Notes: generated by a model not told the origin, from the letters alone. Positions 1 through 10,767 are shown, counted from the first letter of the stretch. The stretch: DNA of 64,000 bases from Chloroflexota bacterium (GCA_023475345.1 JAMCWD010000013.1:45436-109435), one strand, 5' to 3'. Numbers and translations: made by a program.

Positions 1-3000
1 TCCTCCACCGGCGATGTAATAGTTACCGTGGGCGGCAACGGCAGCAGCGCCAGGACGCTTACTGTCATCCCGCATATCGACAATATCCAGCCGGGAACCT
101 TCAAGACAGGCAGCCCGGTTACGATAACAGGCTCCGGCTTCGGATCTATACAGGGAACGACGGCGGTCTTCTTTAACGGCGTAAACGCAGACCTTGCCGC
201 TTCATGGAGCAATACCCGCATTACGATTGACGTGCCTGCCGACGCTGCTACGGGCAATGTCAAAGTGGTAAAAGAAACCGACAGCAATGAAGTAGCGTTT
301 ATTGTCCTTCCCACCGTGAACTCATTCTCACCCGGAAACGGTGTCGTAGGTGTAGCCGTAACCATAACCGGGACCGGCTTCGGGACGATTCAGGGATCCG
401 TCAGCATCGGCGGGGCACAGGCGCCTGTCCAATCATGGACGAATACTTCTGTTGTTGCTGCTGTGCCGGGAGGCGCGGATCAGCAAAGCGATTTTATCTC
501 AATTACCAACTCCGAGGGCAATTCCCACCAATCGGCATCACAGTTCACCATTGACGCGCCTTCGATAACGGGGATTACGCCGGACAGCGGCAGGGCCGCA
601 GATGAGATAACAATTGACGGAAACAACTTCGGCGCACAGAAGCCAGCATGGCTTGAGTTCCCCGTAAAATTCTTCGATAGCGTTAACGCTTCGGTCGTGT
701 CATGGTCCGACACGCAGGTCAAGGTAAATGTCCCCGCCGCGGCAAACGGCGGTAAGATTTCACTCCAGACGGCGGGAGGGACGGCTCAAAGCCCGGGCCA
801 GTTTACAGTTTTGATCTCCGTGGAAGTTACGACGAGCATCGGGGCCGGGACATCGGTTCTCATAGACGGGGCCGAATTCGGCGCTCCTTATACAACGGCA
901 TGGACAAAAGGTTCGTCCCATGATATAGGGGTCAATTCTCCACAGACACCCGAAACAGGGAAGAGATACCTGTATGATTCGTGGAGCGACGGGGGCGGTC
1001 AAACCCATACCGTTTCTCCTTCGGCGGATGCCGTTTACACCGCGAGTTTGAATACCCAGTATTACCTGACCGTTGAGACAGGCCCGGCAGATCTTCCGCC
1101 CATACCGGGAGAGGGCTGGTACGACGAGGGACAGAGCGTGAATCTGTCCGCCGGTTCGCCTGTTGATCATGAAGGTGAGGCATATTATTTTTCAGAATGG
1201 AAAGTTGACGATGCGCCCGTACCGGGCAACCCCGTCAGCGTCCAGATGACCTCTGCAAAAAAAGCAAAGGCGGATTACCAGTCCGTTGATCATTTCGAAA
1301 TCGGAAATATACCCGGCCCGCAGACCGCAGGCCAACAGTTCGATGTTACGATATCCGCAAAGGACGCATCAGGCGCAACGATCTCAGGCTTTACAGGAAC
1401 CGCATCTCTTTCGGATTCGACGGGAACCCTTTTGCCGGGAGGCACCGACAGCTTCGCGGGCGGTGTATGGACAGGGAGCCTTACCATAACGAGGGCGCAG
1501 GCCGCCGTAGTCGTAACTGTTTCTGCGTCGGGCAAATCCGGCACGAGCAACGCATTTGACGTCAATTCCGCAGGGCTTGACCACTTCGATGTAAGCAATG
1601 TATCATCGCCGAAGACTGCAGGCCAGGCGTTCAGTGTTACTTTGACCGCGCAGGATGTTTATGACAACACGGTTACTTCGTTCACGAGCACGGCCTCACT
1701 CACAGACACGACAGGAACGATAAGCCCGGCTACTACCACGGCGTTTACAGCAGGAGTCTGGACGGGTGATGTTGCCATTACGAAGTCAGAAGCGGGGGTA
1801 TCGGTAACCGCAACCGCATCGGGCAAGAGCGGGACCAGCAGCCAGTTCGATGTAAACCCGGGGCCGCTTGATCACTTCGATGTGAGCAATATAGCATCGC
1901 CACAGACCGCGGGACAGGCGTTCGGTGTAACTTTAACCGCGCAGGACGCAAATAACAACACGGTTACCTCATTTACAAGCACTGCCTCACTCACTGACAC
2001 GACAGGCACAATAAATCCTATAACGACCGATACGTTCACGGCTGGAGTCTGGACAGGCAGCTTAACAATCACAGGCGCACAATCGAATGTTCAGGTAACC
2101 GCATCCGCATCGGGCAAGAGCGGGACCAGCAGCCAGTTCGATGTTAATCCAGGTGTGCTTGACCACTTCGGTGTAAGCAATATATCATCGCCGCAGACCG
2201 CGGGACAGGCGTTCAGCGTAACTTTGACCGCGCAGGATGTTTATGACAACACGGTTACTTCATTTACAAGCACTGCCTCACTTACAGACACCACAGGCAC
2301 GCTAAGCCCGACGACGACCGCAGCGTTTACAGCCGGTGTTTGGACTGGTGATCTGACCGTTACCGGGGCTGGAACGAATAATACAATTACAGTCTCTGCA
2401 GAAGGCAAGCAGGGGACGAGCAGCCAGTTCGATGTAAACCCGGGGCCGCTTGATCACTTCGATGTGAGCAATATCGGATCGCCGCAGACTGCAGGGCAGG
2501 AGTTCAGTGTTACTTTGACCGCGCAGGACGCAAATAACAACACGGTTACTTCGTTCACGAGCACGGCCTCACTCACAGACACGACAGGAACGCTAAGCCC
2601 GACGACCACCACGGCGTTTACAGCAGGAGTCTGGACGGGTGATGTTGCCATTACGAAGTCAGAAGCGGGGGTATCGGTAACTGCAACCGCATCGGGCAAG
2701 AGCGGGACAGGCAACCAGTTCGATGTTAATCCCGGTGTGCTTGACCACTTCGATGTAAGCAATATCATATCGCCCCAGACGGCGGGGCAGGCGTTCAGCG
2801 TAACTTTAACAGCCCAGGATGCCAATAACAATACGGTTACTTCATTTACGAGCACAGCGGATATCAGTGACACCACAGGCACACTAAGCCCTACGACTAC
2901 CACGGCGTTTACAGCAGGAGTCTGGACGGGTGATGTTGCCATCACGAAGTCAGAAGTGGGAGTATCGGTAACCGCAACCGCATCGGGCAAGAGCGGGACA

Positions 3001-6000
3001 AGCAGCCAGTTCGATGTTAATCCCGGTGTGCTTGACCACTTCGATGTAAGCAATATAGCATCGCCCCAGACCGCGGGGCAGGAGTTCAGTGTTACTTTGA
3101 CCGCGCAGGACGCAAATAACAACACGGTTACCTCATTTACAAGCACTGCCTCACTTGCTGATACGACGGGAACGATAAATCCTATAACGACCGATACGTT
3201 CACGGCAGGCGCCTGGACAGGCAGTGTAACAATCACAGGCGCACAACCGGATGTTCAGATAACGGCAACAGCATCGGGCAAGAGCGGCACGAGCAATCAG
3301 TTCGATGTAAACCCGGGGCCGCTTGATCACTTCACAGTGAGCAATGTGTCATCGCCACAGATCGTCGGGCAGGAGTTCAATGTTACTTTAACCGCGCAGG
3401 ACGCCAATAACAACACAGTTACCTCATTCACAAGCACTGCCTCACTCACAGACACGACGGGAACGATAAATCCTGTAACGACCGATGCGTTCACCGCCGG
3501 AACCTGGACAGGCAGCGTAACAATCACAGGCGCACAACCGGATGTTCAGGTAACGGCAACCGCATCGGGCAAGAGCGGGACAGGCAACCAGTTCGATGTC
3601 GAGCCGGCGGGCCTCCATCATTTCCTTATAAGCAATATCGGATCGCCGCAGACCGCTGGCCAGCCTTTCAGTGTTACTTTGACCGCCCAGGACGCGCATA
3701 ACAATACCGTTACTTCATTTACTAGCACGGCCGCCGTATCCGATATCACCGGCACCGTCACTCCTTCAACGACAACGGCATTTACAGCCGGTGTCTGGAC
3801 TGGTGATCTTACCGTTACCGGCGCTGGAACGAATAATACAATTACAGTCTCTGCAGAAGGCAAGAGCGGGACAAGCAGCCAGTTCGATGTCAATCCCGAT
3901 GTACTGGATCATTTCAATGTAAGCAATATCGGATCGCCCCAGACCGCGGGGCAGGCGTTCAGCGTTACATTAACCGCTCAGGATGCCAATAACAACACGG
4001 TTACATCGTTTACAAACACGGCCTCACTCGCTGATACGACGGGAACCATAGACCCGGCAACGACAGGTGTGTTCACCGCCGGAGCATGGACAGGCAGCGT
4101 AACGATCACAAGCGCGCAGGCGGATGTTCAGATAACTGCAGCCGCATCGGGCAAGAGCGGGACCAGCAGCCAGTTCGATGTTGATCCCGGCGTGCTTGAC
4201 CACTTCGATGTGAGTAATATAGCATCGCCGCAGACCGCGGGGCAGGAGTTCGGTGTAACATTAACAGCGCAGGATGCCAATAACAACACGGTTACATCGT
4301 TTACAAATACCGCCTCACTCACTGATACGACGGGTACGATAAATCCGGGCGCCACGACAGCATTCGCCGCCGGAGCATGGACGGGCAGCGTTACTATCAC
4401 TGGCGCACAATCGAATGTTCAGATAACCGCGACCGCGTCCGGCAAGAGCGGGACGAGCAGCCAGTTCGATGTTAACCCTGGGCCGCTTGATCACTTCAAT
4501 GTGAGTAATATAGCATCGCCCCAGACGGCGGGGCAGGCGTTCAGCGTTACTTTAACAGCCCAGGATGCCAATAACAATACGGTTACTTCATTTACAAGTA
4601 CGACCTCGCTCACAGATACGACAGGCACAATGAGCCCGGGTGCCACGACGGCATTCACCGCCGGGGTCTGGGCGGGCAATGTAACAATCACAGGCGCACA
4701 ACCGGATGTTCAGATAACGGTAACAGCATCGGGCAAGAGCGGGACAGGCAGCCAGTTCGATGTTAATCCCGGTGTACTGGATCACTTCAATGTAAGCAAT
4801 GTATCATCGCCGAAGACTGCAGGCCAGGCGTTCAGTGTTACTTTGACCGCGCAGGATGTTTATGACAACACGGTTACATCGTTTACAAATACCGCTTCGC
4901 TCACTGATACGACGGGAACGATAAATCCTCCAACGACCGGTGCGTTCACTGCAGGAACCTGGACAGGCAGCATAACGGTTACTGCCGCACAACCGGATGT
5001 CCAGATAACGGCATCCGCATCGGGCAAGAGCGGGACCAGCAACCAGTTTGATGTCGAGCCGGCGGGTCTGCATCACTTTGCTTTCGGCAATATTTCTTCG
5101 CCCGTAACTGCAGGGCAGCCGTTCCCCGTTACTATCGAGGCAAAAGATAATTACGACAATACCGTTACCGGGTTCACCGATTCCGCCGAACTTACGGACA
5201 GCACCGGCACCATCATCGTCAATGCAACTACCGGCAGCTTCGCTTCCGGCGTCTGGACAGGCACGGTTACGATAACGAAAGCACAGCAGGACGTTACAAT
5301 GACGGCGGCCGCATCGGGCAAGAGCGGGACAAGCAATTCTTTCGATGTCAACTCCGGCTCGCTTGATCACTTCTCATTCGAAAACATCTCTTCGCCCCAG
5401 GCCGCAGGACAGGCGTTCAGCGTTACAATAACCGCGCAGGACGCCAACGACAATACTGTAACATCATTCGGCGGCACGGCGGACCTTGCCGATATCACCG
5501 GAACGATAAATCCTGCAGCGACCGGAGCATTCACATCCGGCTCATGGACAGGCAACATTACGATAACAGGCACCTCGGCAAGCGACACTATAACTGCAAC
5601 CGCATCGGGCAAGAGCGGGACCAGCAACCAATTCGCCGTCAATCACGCCGGGCTTGACCATTTCTCATTCAACAACGTCTCTTCGCCTCAGGCCGCAGGA
5701 CAGCCGTTCGGCATAACTATAACCGCCCAGGACATTTATAACAATACGGTAACATCTTTTGTATCTACCGCGAACCTTACGGATTCCACGGGTACGATAG
5801 TCGTAAACGCCGTTACCGGCAACTTTACGTCAGGCGTGTGGTCGGGCAATGTTACAATAACAAAGGCCCAGTCAGCCGTTACGATGACCGCGACGGCGCA
5901 GGGCAAGCAGGGGACGAGCAACGCATTCGATGTCAATTCGTCCGGCCTTGATCACTTTGTCATAAGCAACATAGGGTCACCACAGACAAGGGGGGTGTCT

Positions 6001-8052
6001 TTCCCTGTTTCCATAACGGCGGAAGATGCTTACAGCAATATAGTTTCAGGGTTCTCCGGCACCGCCGCCCTGTCGATAACATCGGGGAGCGTGACGCCCA
6101 TAACTACAGGCGCATTTACCGCCGGTGTATGGTCGGGCAACTTGACGGTCAACAGTTCCGGCACAGGCCTTGTTATAACTGCTGAAAGCTCCGGCAAGGA
6201 AGGGACGAGCAACGCATTTGATGTAGAAGAGCCTCCGGCGCTTTCGGTAACCCCGCTTTCTCTGACATTCGATGCAGTCGAAGGGCAGGCCAATCCGCCG
6301 GATCAGGAAGTCGATGTCTCCAATACCGGCGGCGGGACTTTAGGGTTCACCGTCGATAAGGCAGGCAATTGGCTCACGGTATCGCCTCTTTCCGGCAATG
6401 CCCCGCAGACCTTGACGGCATCCGTCGATATAACCGGCATGACCGCGGGCGCTTATAATGGTACCATCACTGTTACGGGCAACCCTGGGACGGAGAATTC
6501 TCCCCAGGTCGTCGATGTAACACTTAACATAGCGCCGCCGCCTTACCTGGAAGTCAGTCCCCAGACGGCGGATTTCATCGCCATGAAGGGCTGGACAGAG
6601 CCTGCCGACAAGACCGTGAATGTAACGAACAGCGGCGGCGGCACGCTCGAATACAACATTATCGAAAACGCCGACTGGCTCAATATCACGCCGCTTTCCG
6701 GCGCCGCCCCGGATACGCTGACCCTTTCGGCGACGATAACAGGTCTTGAAGTGGGCACATATTCGACGATAGTTACGATAACCGGAGCCGGTAACTGCCA
6801 GAATTCGCCACAGTACGTCAATGTAAACGCCGAGGTTACCGAGCCTCCTGAAATATCGCTTACTCCGACCTCGTTCACTTTCAATACCATTTTAGGAGCG
6901 GGAGCGCCGCCGGATCAGAACCTCCGGGTAAACAATTCCGGCGGGAACGACCTGAACTGGACGGCATCGGTGGATGCAGGCTGGCTGTCGGTACTTCCGG
7001 CAAGCGGCACGGCTCCTTCGAATGCTGTTGTTTCGGTTACCCCGGCCGGCCTTTCCGCGGGCACATATAACGGTGTTATAACCATAACGGGCGGCGGCGG
7101 GACAACGAACTCACCTCAGACCGTGCCGGTTACACTGAATATCGCCGGTAACCGGATCCTGCCATGTAATGATAATTTCGAAAGTTACGTGACAGGGGGC
7201 TACCCGTCGCCTTACTTCACGCCTATATTAAGCGGGCAGCCGCCCAATGCAGGCGTTATCTCGGAAGATTATGCCTGGGCAGGAATAAAGAGCTTCAGGC
7301 AAAACGGCGGAGCATTGACACCACGGCTCGATATGTTCCCGCTTTCCACCGCTGCAGGTAATTATATAACCTTTGAAACGGCGTTTTATATTCCTGAAGG
7401 CGAGTCTTCAACGTTGTGGATAGGGTTCGGGCAGTATAACGGAGGCTCCGCTTATGTAAATAACGCGGGCCTGAGGGTCGAAGGAGGCCATATATATTGC
7501 GGCGTCGATGACCTGGGAACAGTCGATACCGGGACATGGTACTCGGTGATATCTAAATGTAATTTCACCACTGCCACTATGGAAATTACGATTGACGGGG
7601 AGTTGAAGGGATACGACCTGCCGATGACGGATACCTCTTTCAACGGCTTCGGGTTGTACACCAAAAACGGCCCGGCATACTTCGACTACGTTCATATATT
7701 CGAAGGCGCAGCCCCGGAAACAGTGGATGTATGGCCCGGCGACCTTAACAATGACGGGGACGCCGATACCTTCGACATCTTGAATGTCGGCGCTTACTGG
7801 AACGAGACCGGGTACGAGCGGTATCCCCAGTCCAGCGCATGGGCCGCACAAAACGCCCGGAAGTGGGCCGATACGAACGCCACTTATGCCGATGCAAACG
7901 GCGACGGCGTTGTTGACGCCGATGACATCACGCCGATCCTGACCAATTACGGCCTTGTTCATACGCTTATCATCACGGGGGCGGCGGGGTTGCTAGCACT
8001 TACAGGGATACCGCTGCTCACGGGCATCATAAGGAGAAAAAAGGACAGGTAA
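1..8052 (+). CDS. Giant secreted/surface repeat protein, 5'-truncated at the window edge. It has N-terminal IPT/TIG-like domains, 17 tandem 97-aa Ig-like repeats, three BACON-like beta domains, a dockerin-like Ca-binding pair, and a C-terminal hydrophobic anchor with a basic tail.
   Basis: The reading frame is open from base 1, so the annotated GTG start at 28 is probably internal. There are repeated 'xTITGxGFG' IPT-like motifs. There is a 291-bp periodicity of 'LDHFDVSNIxSPQTAGQxFSVTLTAQDANNNTVTSFTSTASLTDTTGTI...FTAGVWTGxVTIT...ASGKSGTS.QFDV'. Three modules follow with 'WLxVxPxSGxAPxTLTxS..ITG...GTYxxxITIT' (BACON-like). 'DLNNDGDADTFDI' and 'DANGDGVVDADDITPI' look like dockerin/EF-hand-like loops. 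The terminal 'LIITGAAGLLALTGIPLLTGIIRRKKDR' is followed by a stop at 8050-8052. Confidence 0.8.
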   Translation, partial: SSTGDVIVTVGGNGSSARTLTVIPHIDNIQPGTFKTGSPVTITGSGFGSIQGTTAVFFNGVNADLAASWSNTRITIDVPADAATGNVKVVKETDSNEVAFIVLPTVNSFSPGNGVVGVAVTITGTGFGTIQGSVSIGGAQAPVQSWTNTSVVAAVPGGADQQSDFISITNSEGNSHQSASQFTIDAPSITGITPDSGRAADEITIDGNNFGAQKPAWLEFPVKFFDSVNASVVSWSDTQVKVNVPAAANGGKISLQTAGGTAQSPGQFTVLISVEVTTSIGAGTSVLIDGAEFGAPYTTAWTKGSSHDIGVNSPQTPETGKRYLYDSWSDGGGQTHTVSPSADAVYTASLNTQYYLTVETGPADLPPIPGEGWYDEGQSVNLSAGSPVDHEGEAYYFSEWKVDDAPVPGNPVSVQMTSAKKAKADYQSVDHFEIGNIPGPQTAGQQFDVTISAKDASGATISGFTGTASLSDSTGTLLPGGTDSFAGGVWTGSLTITRAQAAVVVTVSASGKSGTSNAFDVNSAGLDHFDVSNVSSPKTAGQAFSVTLTAQDVYDNTVTSFTSTASLTDTTGTISPATTTAFTAGVWTGDVAITKSEAGVSVTATASGKSGTSSQFDVNPGPLDHFDVSNIASPQTAGQAFGVTLTAQDANNNTVTSFTSTASLTDTTGTINPITTDTFTAGVWTGSLTITGAQSNVQVTASASGKSGTSSQFDVNPGVLDHFGVSNISSPQTAGQAFSVTLTAQDVYDNTVTSFTSTASLTDTTGTLSPTTTAAFTAGVWTGDLTVTGAGTNNTITVSAEGKQGTSSQFDVNPGPLDHFDVSNIGSPQTAGQEFSVTLTAQDANNNTVTSFTSTASLTDTTGTLSPTTTTAFTAGVWTGDVAITKSEAGVSVTATASGKSGTGNQFDVNPGVLDHFDVSNIISPQTAGQAFSVTLTAQDANNNTVTSFTSTADISDTTGTLSPTTTTAFTAGVWTGDVAITKSEVGVSVTATASGKSGTSSQFDVNPGVLDHFDVSNIASPQTAGQEFSVTLTAQDANNNTVTSFTSTASLADTTGTINPITTDTFTAGAWTGSVTITGAQPDVQITATASGKSGTSNQFDVNPGPLDHFTVSNVSSPQIVGQEFNVTLTAQDANNNTVTSFTSTASLTDTTGTINPVTTDAFTAGTWTGSVTITGAQPDVQVTATASGKSGTGNQFDVEPAGLHHFLISNIGSPQTAGQPFSVTLTAQDAHNNTVTSFTSTAAVSDITGTVTPSTTTAFTAGVWTGDLTVTGAGTNNTITVSAEGKSGTSSQFDVNPDVLDHFNVSNIGSPQTAGQAFSVTLTAQDANNNTVTSFTNTASLADTTGTIDPATTGVFTAGAWTGSVTITSAQADVQITAAASGKSGTSSQFDVDPGVLDHFDVSNIASPQTAGQEFGVTLTAQDANNNTVTSFTNTASLTDTTGTINPGATTAFAAGAWTGSVTITGAQSNVQITATASGKSGTSSQFDVNPGPLDHFNVSNIASPQTAGQAFSVTLTAQDANNNTVTSFTSTTSLTDTTGTMSPGATTAFTAGVWAGNVTITGAQPDVQITVTASGKSGTGSQFDVNPGVLDHFNVSNVSSPKTAGQAFSVTLTAQDVYDNTVTSFTNTASLTDTTGTINPPTTGAFTAGTWTGSITVTAAQPDVQITASASGKSGTSNQFDVEPAGLHHFAFGNISSPVTAGQPFPVTIEAKDNYDNTVTGFTDSAELTDSTGTIIVNATTGSFASGVWTGTVTITKAQQDVTMTAAASGKSGTSNSFDVNSGSLDHFSFENISSPQAAGQAFSVTITAQDANDNTVTSFGGTADLADITGTINPAATGAFTSGSWTGNITITGTSASDTITATASGKSGTSNQFAVNHAGLDHFSFNNVSSPQAAGQPFGITITAQDIYNNTVTSFVSTANLTDSTGTIVVNAVTGNFTSGVWSGNVTITKAQSAVTMTATAQGKQGTSNAFDVNSSGLDHFVISNIGSPQTRGVSFPVSITAEDAYSNIVSGFSGTAALSITSGSVTPITTGAFTAGVWSGNLTVNSSGTGLVITAESSGKEGTSNAFDVEEPPALSVTPLSLTFDAVEGQANPPDQEVDVSNTGGGTLGFTVDKAGNWLTVSPLSGNAPQTLTASVDITGMTAGAYNGTITVTGNPGTENSPQVVDVTLNIAPPPYLEVSPQTADFIAMKGWTEPADKTVNVTNSGGGTLEYNIIENADWLNITPLSGAAPDTLTLSATITGLEVGTYSTIVTITGAGNCQNSPQYVNVNAEVTEPPEISLTPTSFTFNTILGAGAPPDQNLRVNNSGGNDLNWTASVDAGWLSVLPASGTAPSNAVVSVTPAGLSAGTYNGVITITGGGGTTNSPQTVPVTLNIAGNRILPCNDNFESYVTGGYPSPYFTPILSGQPPNAGVISEDYAWAGIKSFRQNGGALTPRLDMFPLSTAAGNYITFETAFYIPEGESSTLWIGFGQYNGGSAYVNNAGLRVEGGHIYCGVDDLGTVDTGTWYSVISKCNFTTATMEITIDGELKGYDLPMTDTSFNGFGLYTKNGPAYFDYVHIFEGAAPETVDVWPGDLNNDGDADTFDILNVGAYWNETGYERYPQSSAWAAQNARKWADTNATYADANGDGVVDADDITPILTNYGLVHTLIITGAAGLLALTGIPLLTGIIRRKKDR
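1286..6235 (+). repeat. Coding tandem repeat array: 17 copies of a 291-bp unit (Ig-like domain repeats). Several copies are >90% identical at nucleotide level.
   Basis: The 'gaYcacttcgatgtRagcaat' (DHFDVSN) anchor recurs at 1579, 1870, 2161, 2452, 2743, 3034, 3325 and so on, every 291 bp through about 5944. The many antisense ORFs in the track over this region are repeat artefacts. Confidence 0.85.
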
Positions 8053-8197
8053 CTTTCAAATAACCTAGAAATACTCCTGGCGAGACTGGATACTGCCGGG
8101 GGTATTATTTTTTAAAAAAAATAAAATTTGCCCTTTACCTTTCAATGGTCGGGAGTGATAATAATATTAAGAAATAAGGATTAGGAGGTGAGGCAAA

Positions 8198-8434
8198 ATG
8201 TTAGGTGCAACATCAGCAGCATCAATGTATTCCTTGACCGTAAATGATCAGCAGAATGCAATGACCATTTACACTCAGACCCTGGCCGAAACCCAGAAGC
8301 AGCAGATGCAGCGCTGGCAGATCCTGCAGGATACCCAGACAAAAATCTTCGAGATTCAGCAGGATGTAACTGTCAACAAAGCCAAGACACAGGATAAGAT
8401 GTTCCAGAAATGGGATGAGTACATCCGCGGTTAA
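8198..8434 (+). CDS. Small Gln-rich hypothetical protein (78 aa), predicted coiled-coil-like
   Basis: A strong RBS 'aggaggtgaggcaaaATG' precedes it. An intrinsic terminator follows immediately. There is no recognisable family. Confidence 0.4.
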   Translation: MLGATSAASMYSLTVNDQQNAMTIYTQTLAETQKQQMQRWQILQDTQTKIFEIQQDVTVNKAKTQDKMFQKWDEYIRG

Positions 8435-8455
8435 TGCCTGCAGGGTAAATTTTTA

Positions 8456-8490
8456 AGGGGCGCACAAGCGCCCCTCTTTTTTTACTCGAT
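8456..8490. terminator. Bidirectional rho-independent terminator between convergent genes
   Basis: 'ggggcgcacaagcgcccc' forms a perfect 7-bp GC stem, followed by 'tcttttttt' on the plus strand and an A-run on the minus strand. Confidence 0.65.
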
Positions 8491-9912
8491 ATTTTTATCA
8501 AAAACATGGACGGGGATATTCCTGTCGATGATCGTCCCGTCACCGACCTGGCCGAAGTTATTGCCTCCCCATACCCATATTCCGCCGTTATTATCGACGG
8601 CATAGCTTTGACCCAGTACGGCGGCTATCCCGGCGACATTTTTAATTCTGACGGCTTCAACCGGGACAGTGCTGTTATCTTCTGTCCCGTTGCCGAACTG
8701 CCCCCTCCCGTTCCATCCCCATGCCCAGATGCTCCCGTCATTTTTCAATGCGATGCCATGTGATTTGCCGCCTGCTATTGCGATGATATTATTCAGCTTC
8801 GGGATTTTAATCGGCGCATTCCTGTTATTTTCCGTCCCATCTCCGAGCTGGCTGTCCCCGTTCCATCCCCATGCCCGGACGGTGCCGTCGCTTTTAAGGG
8901 CAAGGCTGTGCCAGACCCCGGCCGCCACAGCGGTTACGCCGTCAAGGTTTCTGACCTGTACGGGGATATTCCTGTCCTTGTTTGTCCCGTCTCCGAGCTG
9001 GCCCTTGATATTTTGTCCCCATGCCCACACCGTGCCGTCGCTTCGAAGCGCAAGGCTGTGGCTGCCGCCTGCCGCGATTTCGGTGATATTATCAAGGTTA
9101 AGGACCCTGACCGGGATATTTTTATCGATGTTTGTTCCATCGCCGAGTTGTCCGTAATTATTGGCGCCCCATGCCCAAACGGTGCCGTCTCCGGAAATCG
9201 CAAGGCTGTGTCCCTCGGTTACTGAAATAAATGTGCCGCCACCGTCAACCTCTATAATGTTTTTGAGGCCCGGCACGCGTACGGGGATATTCTTATCTAT
9301 ATTTGTCCCGTCACCAAGCTGGCCCCTGGCATTACAGCCCCATGCCCAAACGGTGCCGTCTCCGGAAATCGCAAGGCTGTGGAGGCTGCCGCCGTCAACA
9401 GCTACAACATCATTCAGGTTCAATATTCTTACGGGCAATTTTCTCTGGGTATTTGTCCCGTCACCAAGCTGGCCGTTGAAATTCCTGCCCCATGCCCAGG
9501 CTGTGCCGTTATCCCTGACGGCAAGCGTATGATAAAATCCCACCCCTGTGGTGCCGGTTTTATTTATCCTGTAAGTGAATGCCGAATCGGTACTGCCGGA
9601 GCCTGTTGAAACCGTCAGGGGGCCTGTTACTGCGTCCGCCGGGATCCTGCATATAATCTTTTTATCGCTCCACGAAATTACAGGCGCAGCCCCAGAACCG
9701 CTGAAAAATATCTTTCCGGGTTCCTGGCCGAAATCAGTCCCCGTAACGGTTACTGCGGTCCCTGGCGAACCGAAGGCCGGCATTATTTCCTTAATCGCAG
9801 GTACATTTGAAAATCCTGTTTTTGATTTGCCGGTGAACTGTTTCAGGAAAAAAACAGTTGCCGCTATCACTATCAAAAAAATCAACAGGTATAAATAATG
9901 TTTTTTCTTCAT
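8482..9912 (-). CDS. Membrane-anchored IPT/TIG + RCC1-repeat (beta-propeller) protein
   Basis: There is an N-terminal TM segment '[18 protein letters not shown]'. An IPT-like 'VTVTGTDFG' follows. Seven repeats then carry 'WAWGxNxxGQLGDGT', the RCC1/ATS1 signature. Confidence 0.8.
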   Translation of the reverse strand: MKKKHYLYLLIFLIVIAATVFFLKQFTGKSKTGFSNVPAIKEIMPAFGSPGTAVTVTGTDFGQEPGKIFFSGSGAAPVISWSDKKIICRIPADAVTGPLTVSTGSGSTDSAFTYRINKTGTTGVGFYHTLAVRDNGTAWAWGRNFNGQLGDGTNTQRKLPVRILNLNDVVAVDGGSLHSLAISGDGTVWAWGCNARGQLGDGTNIDKNIPVRVPGLKNIIEVDGGGTFISVTEGHSLAISGDGTVWAWGANNYGQLGDGTNIDKNIPVRVLNLDNITEIAAGGSHSLALRSDGTVWAWGQNIKGQLGDGTNKDRNIPVQVRNLDGVTAVAAGVWHSLALKSDGTVRAWGWNGDSQLGDGTENNRNAPIKIPKLNNIIAIAGGKSHGIALKNDGSIWAWGWNGRGQFGNGTEDNSTVPVEAVRIKNVAGIAAVLGQSYAVDNNGGIWVWGGNNFGQVGDGTIIDRNIPVHVFDKNIE

Positions 9913-9968
9913 ATCGCCTGTTTCAATCTTTCGGCAGCCGGAAGATTCAATCTAATTTTATCGGGTTT

Positions 9969-10616
9969 TCAGTGTTTTTTCCAGCCGTTTCTGATTAAAA
10001 TGCCTTCGATTACCCGTGAAAGTTTTCCGCAGGATTCCACTGTGAGCTCCATGCGGTCGTATATCTGGATCCACTGGATGGTATTCAAGACGGCGGAGGC
10101 GCCGGATGCGGCTTCTTTATCGAAGAGTTCCCCCAGTCCCAGCCGGAGTAAAAGGTCGCTTTTCTCAAGCTGTTCGTCTATATTGTCGGCCCATTCTTCC
10201 ATCGGGGTTTTCGACTCGATGTTTTCAAGCCATGTTTTTATTTTGCCGGTCATTACCGCGAGATTTTTCCCCAGCTCCCGTGAAGTTTCGGTCGTTTTCG
10301 ATATTTCAAAAAGTCCGAACCTGCCCGATATGCCTCTTATCGTCTTGAGGATCTCCTCCATGCCGTAAGCAAGCGCAAACAGGTCTCCCCGGTCAATAGG
10401 AGTGATCATGGTTTTATTAATTTTCACCAGGATGTCATAAGTTTTGCTTTCACCCTCACGGGTTGTTTCATTTATTTTCCTGCAGGTATCTGCGCTTTCT
10501 TCCGGGTGCTCAAATACCCTGGAAAGCAGCGCTCCGGTTTCGCCGGTAATTGAAGCCTGCTCCTTGAGCAATTCGAAGATGGGGTTGGCTTTCGTCGTAA
10601 AGCTGAAGAAATTCAC
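9969..10616 (-). CDS. DUF47 / PhoU-like (Pit accessory-type) protein
   Basis: It is 215 aa, all helical, with N-terminal 'FFSF..K..IFELLKEQA' and the overall composition typical of TIGR00153/DUF47 phosphate-transport-regulator-like proteins. No pit gene is adjacent. Confidence 0.5.
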   Translation of the reverse strand: MNFFSFTTKANPIFELLKEQASITGETGALLSRVFEHPEESADTCRKINETTREGESKTYDILVKINKTMITPIDRGDLFALAYGMEEILKTIRGISGRFGLFEISKTTETSRELGKNLAVMTGKIKTWLENIESKTPMEEWADNIDEQLEKSDLLLRLGLGELFDKEAASGASAVLNTIQWIQIYDRMELTVESCGKLSRVIEGILIRNGWKKH

Positions 10617-10767
10617 TGTCCTTCCTCCTGAAAAACCTTATCAAGTATAATTCGCCAACTTTATTTAACTCCTCTTTCAACTGACAATTTCGTATGGAGG
10701 AATAATATGGTGTTCTGAAGAACTTCAATATAGTTGAATTCTCTCTATTATTAAGGAGGTTCACCCG

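Noticed and set aside
1286-6235. CRISPR array considered for the regular 291-bp periodic repeat
   Set aside because: The unit is far too long, is in-frame coding, and lacks short unique spacers. No cas genes are present in the window.
1290-6293. Numerous minus-strand ORFs of 60-260 aa inside the giant gene (for example 2454-3236, 4804-5370)
   Set aside because: They are antisense read-throughs of the 291-bp coding repeat. They repeat with the same period and have no start context. The plus-strand frame is continuous and domain-rich.
8053-8197. Terminator after the giant gene ('atactgccgggggtat' + T-run)
   Set aside because: The stem is only 4 bp with a large loop. The T/A run 'ttttttaaaaaaaa' alone is not sufficient, so it was left uncalled.
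8506-9898. Plus-strand ORFs (85-162 aa) overlapping the RCC1 gene
   Set aside because: They are antisense to a gene with seven clean RCC1 repeats. They have low-complexity Pro/Ser-rich translations typical of reverse frames of GC-rich repeats.
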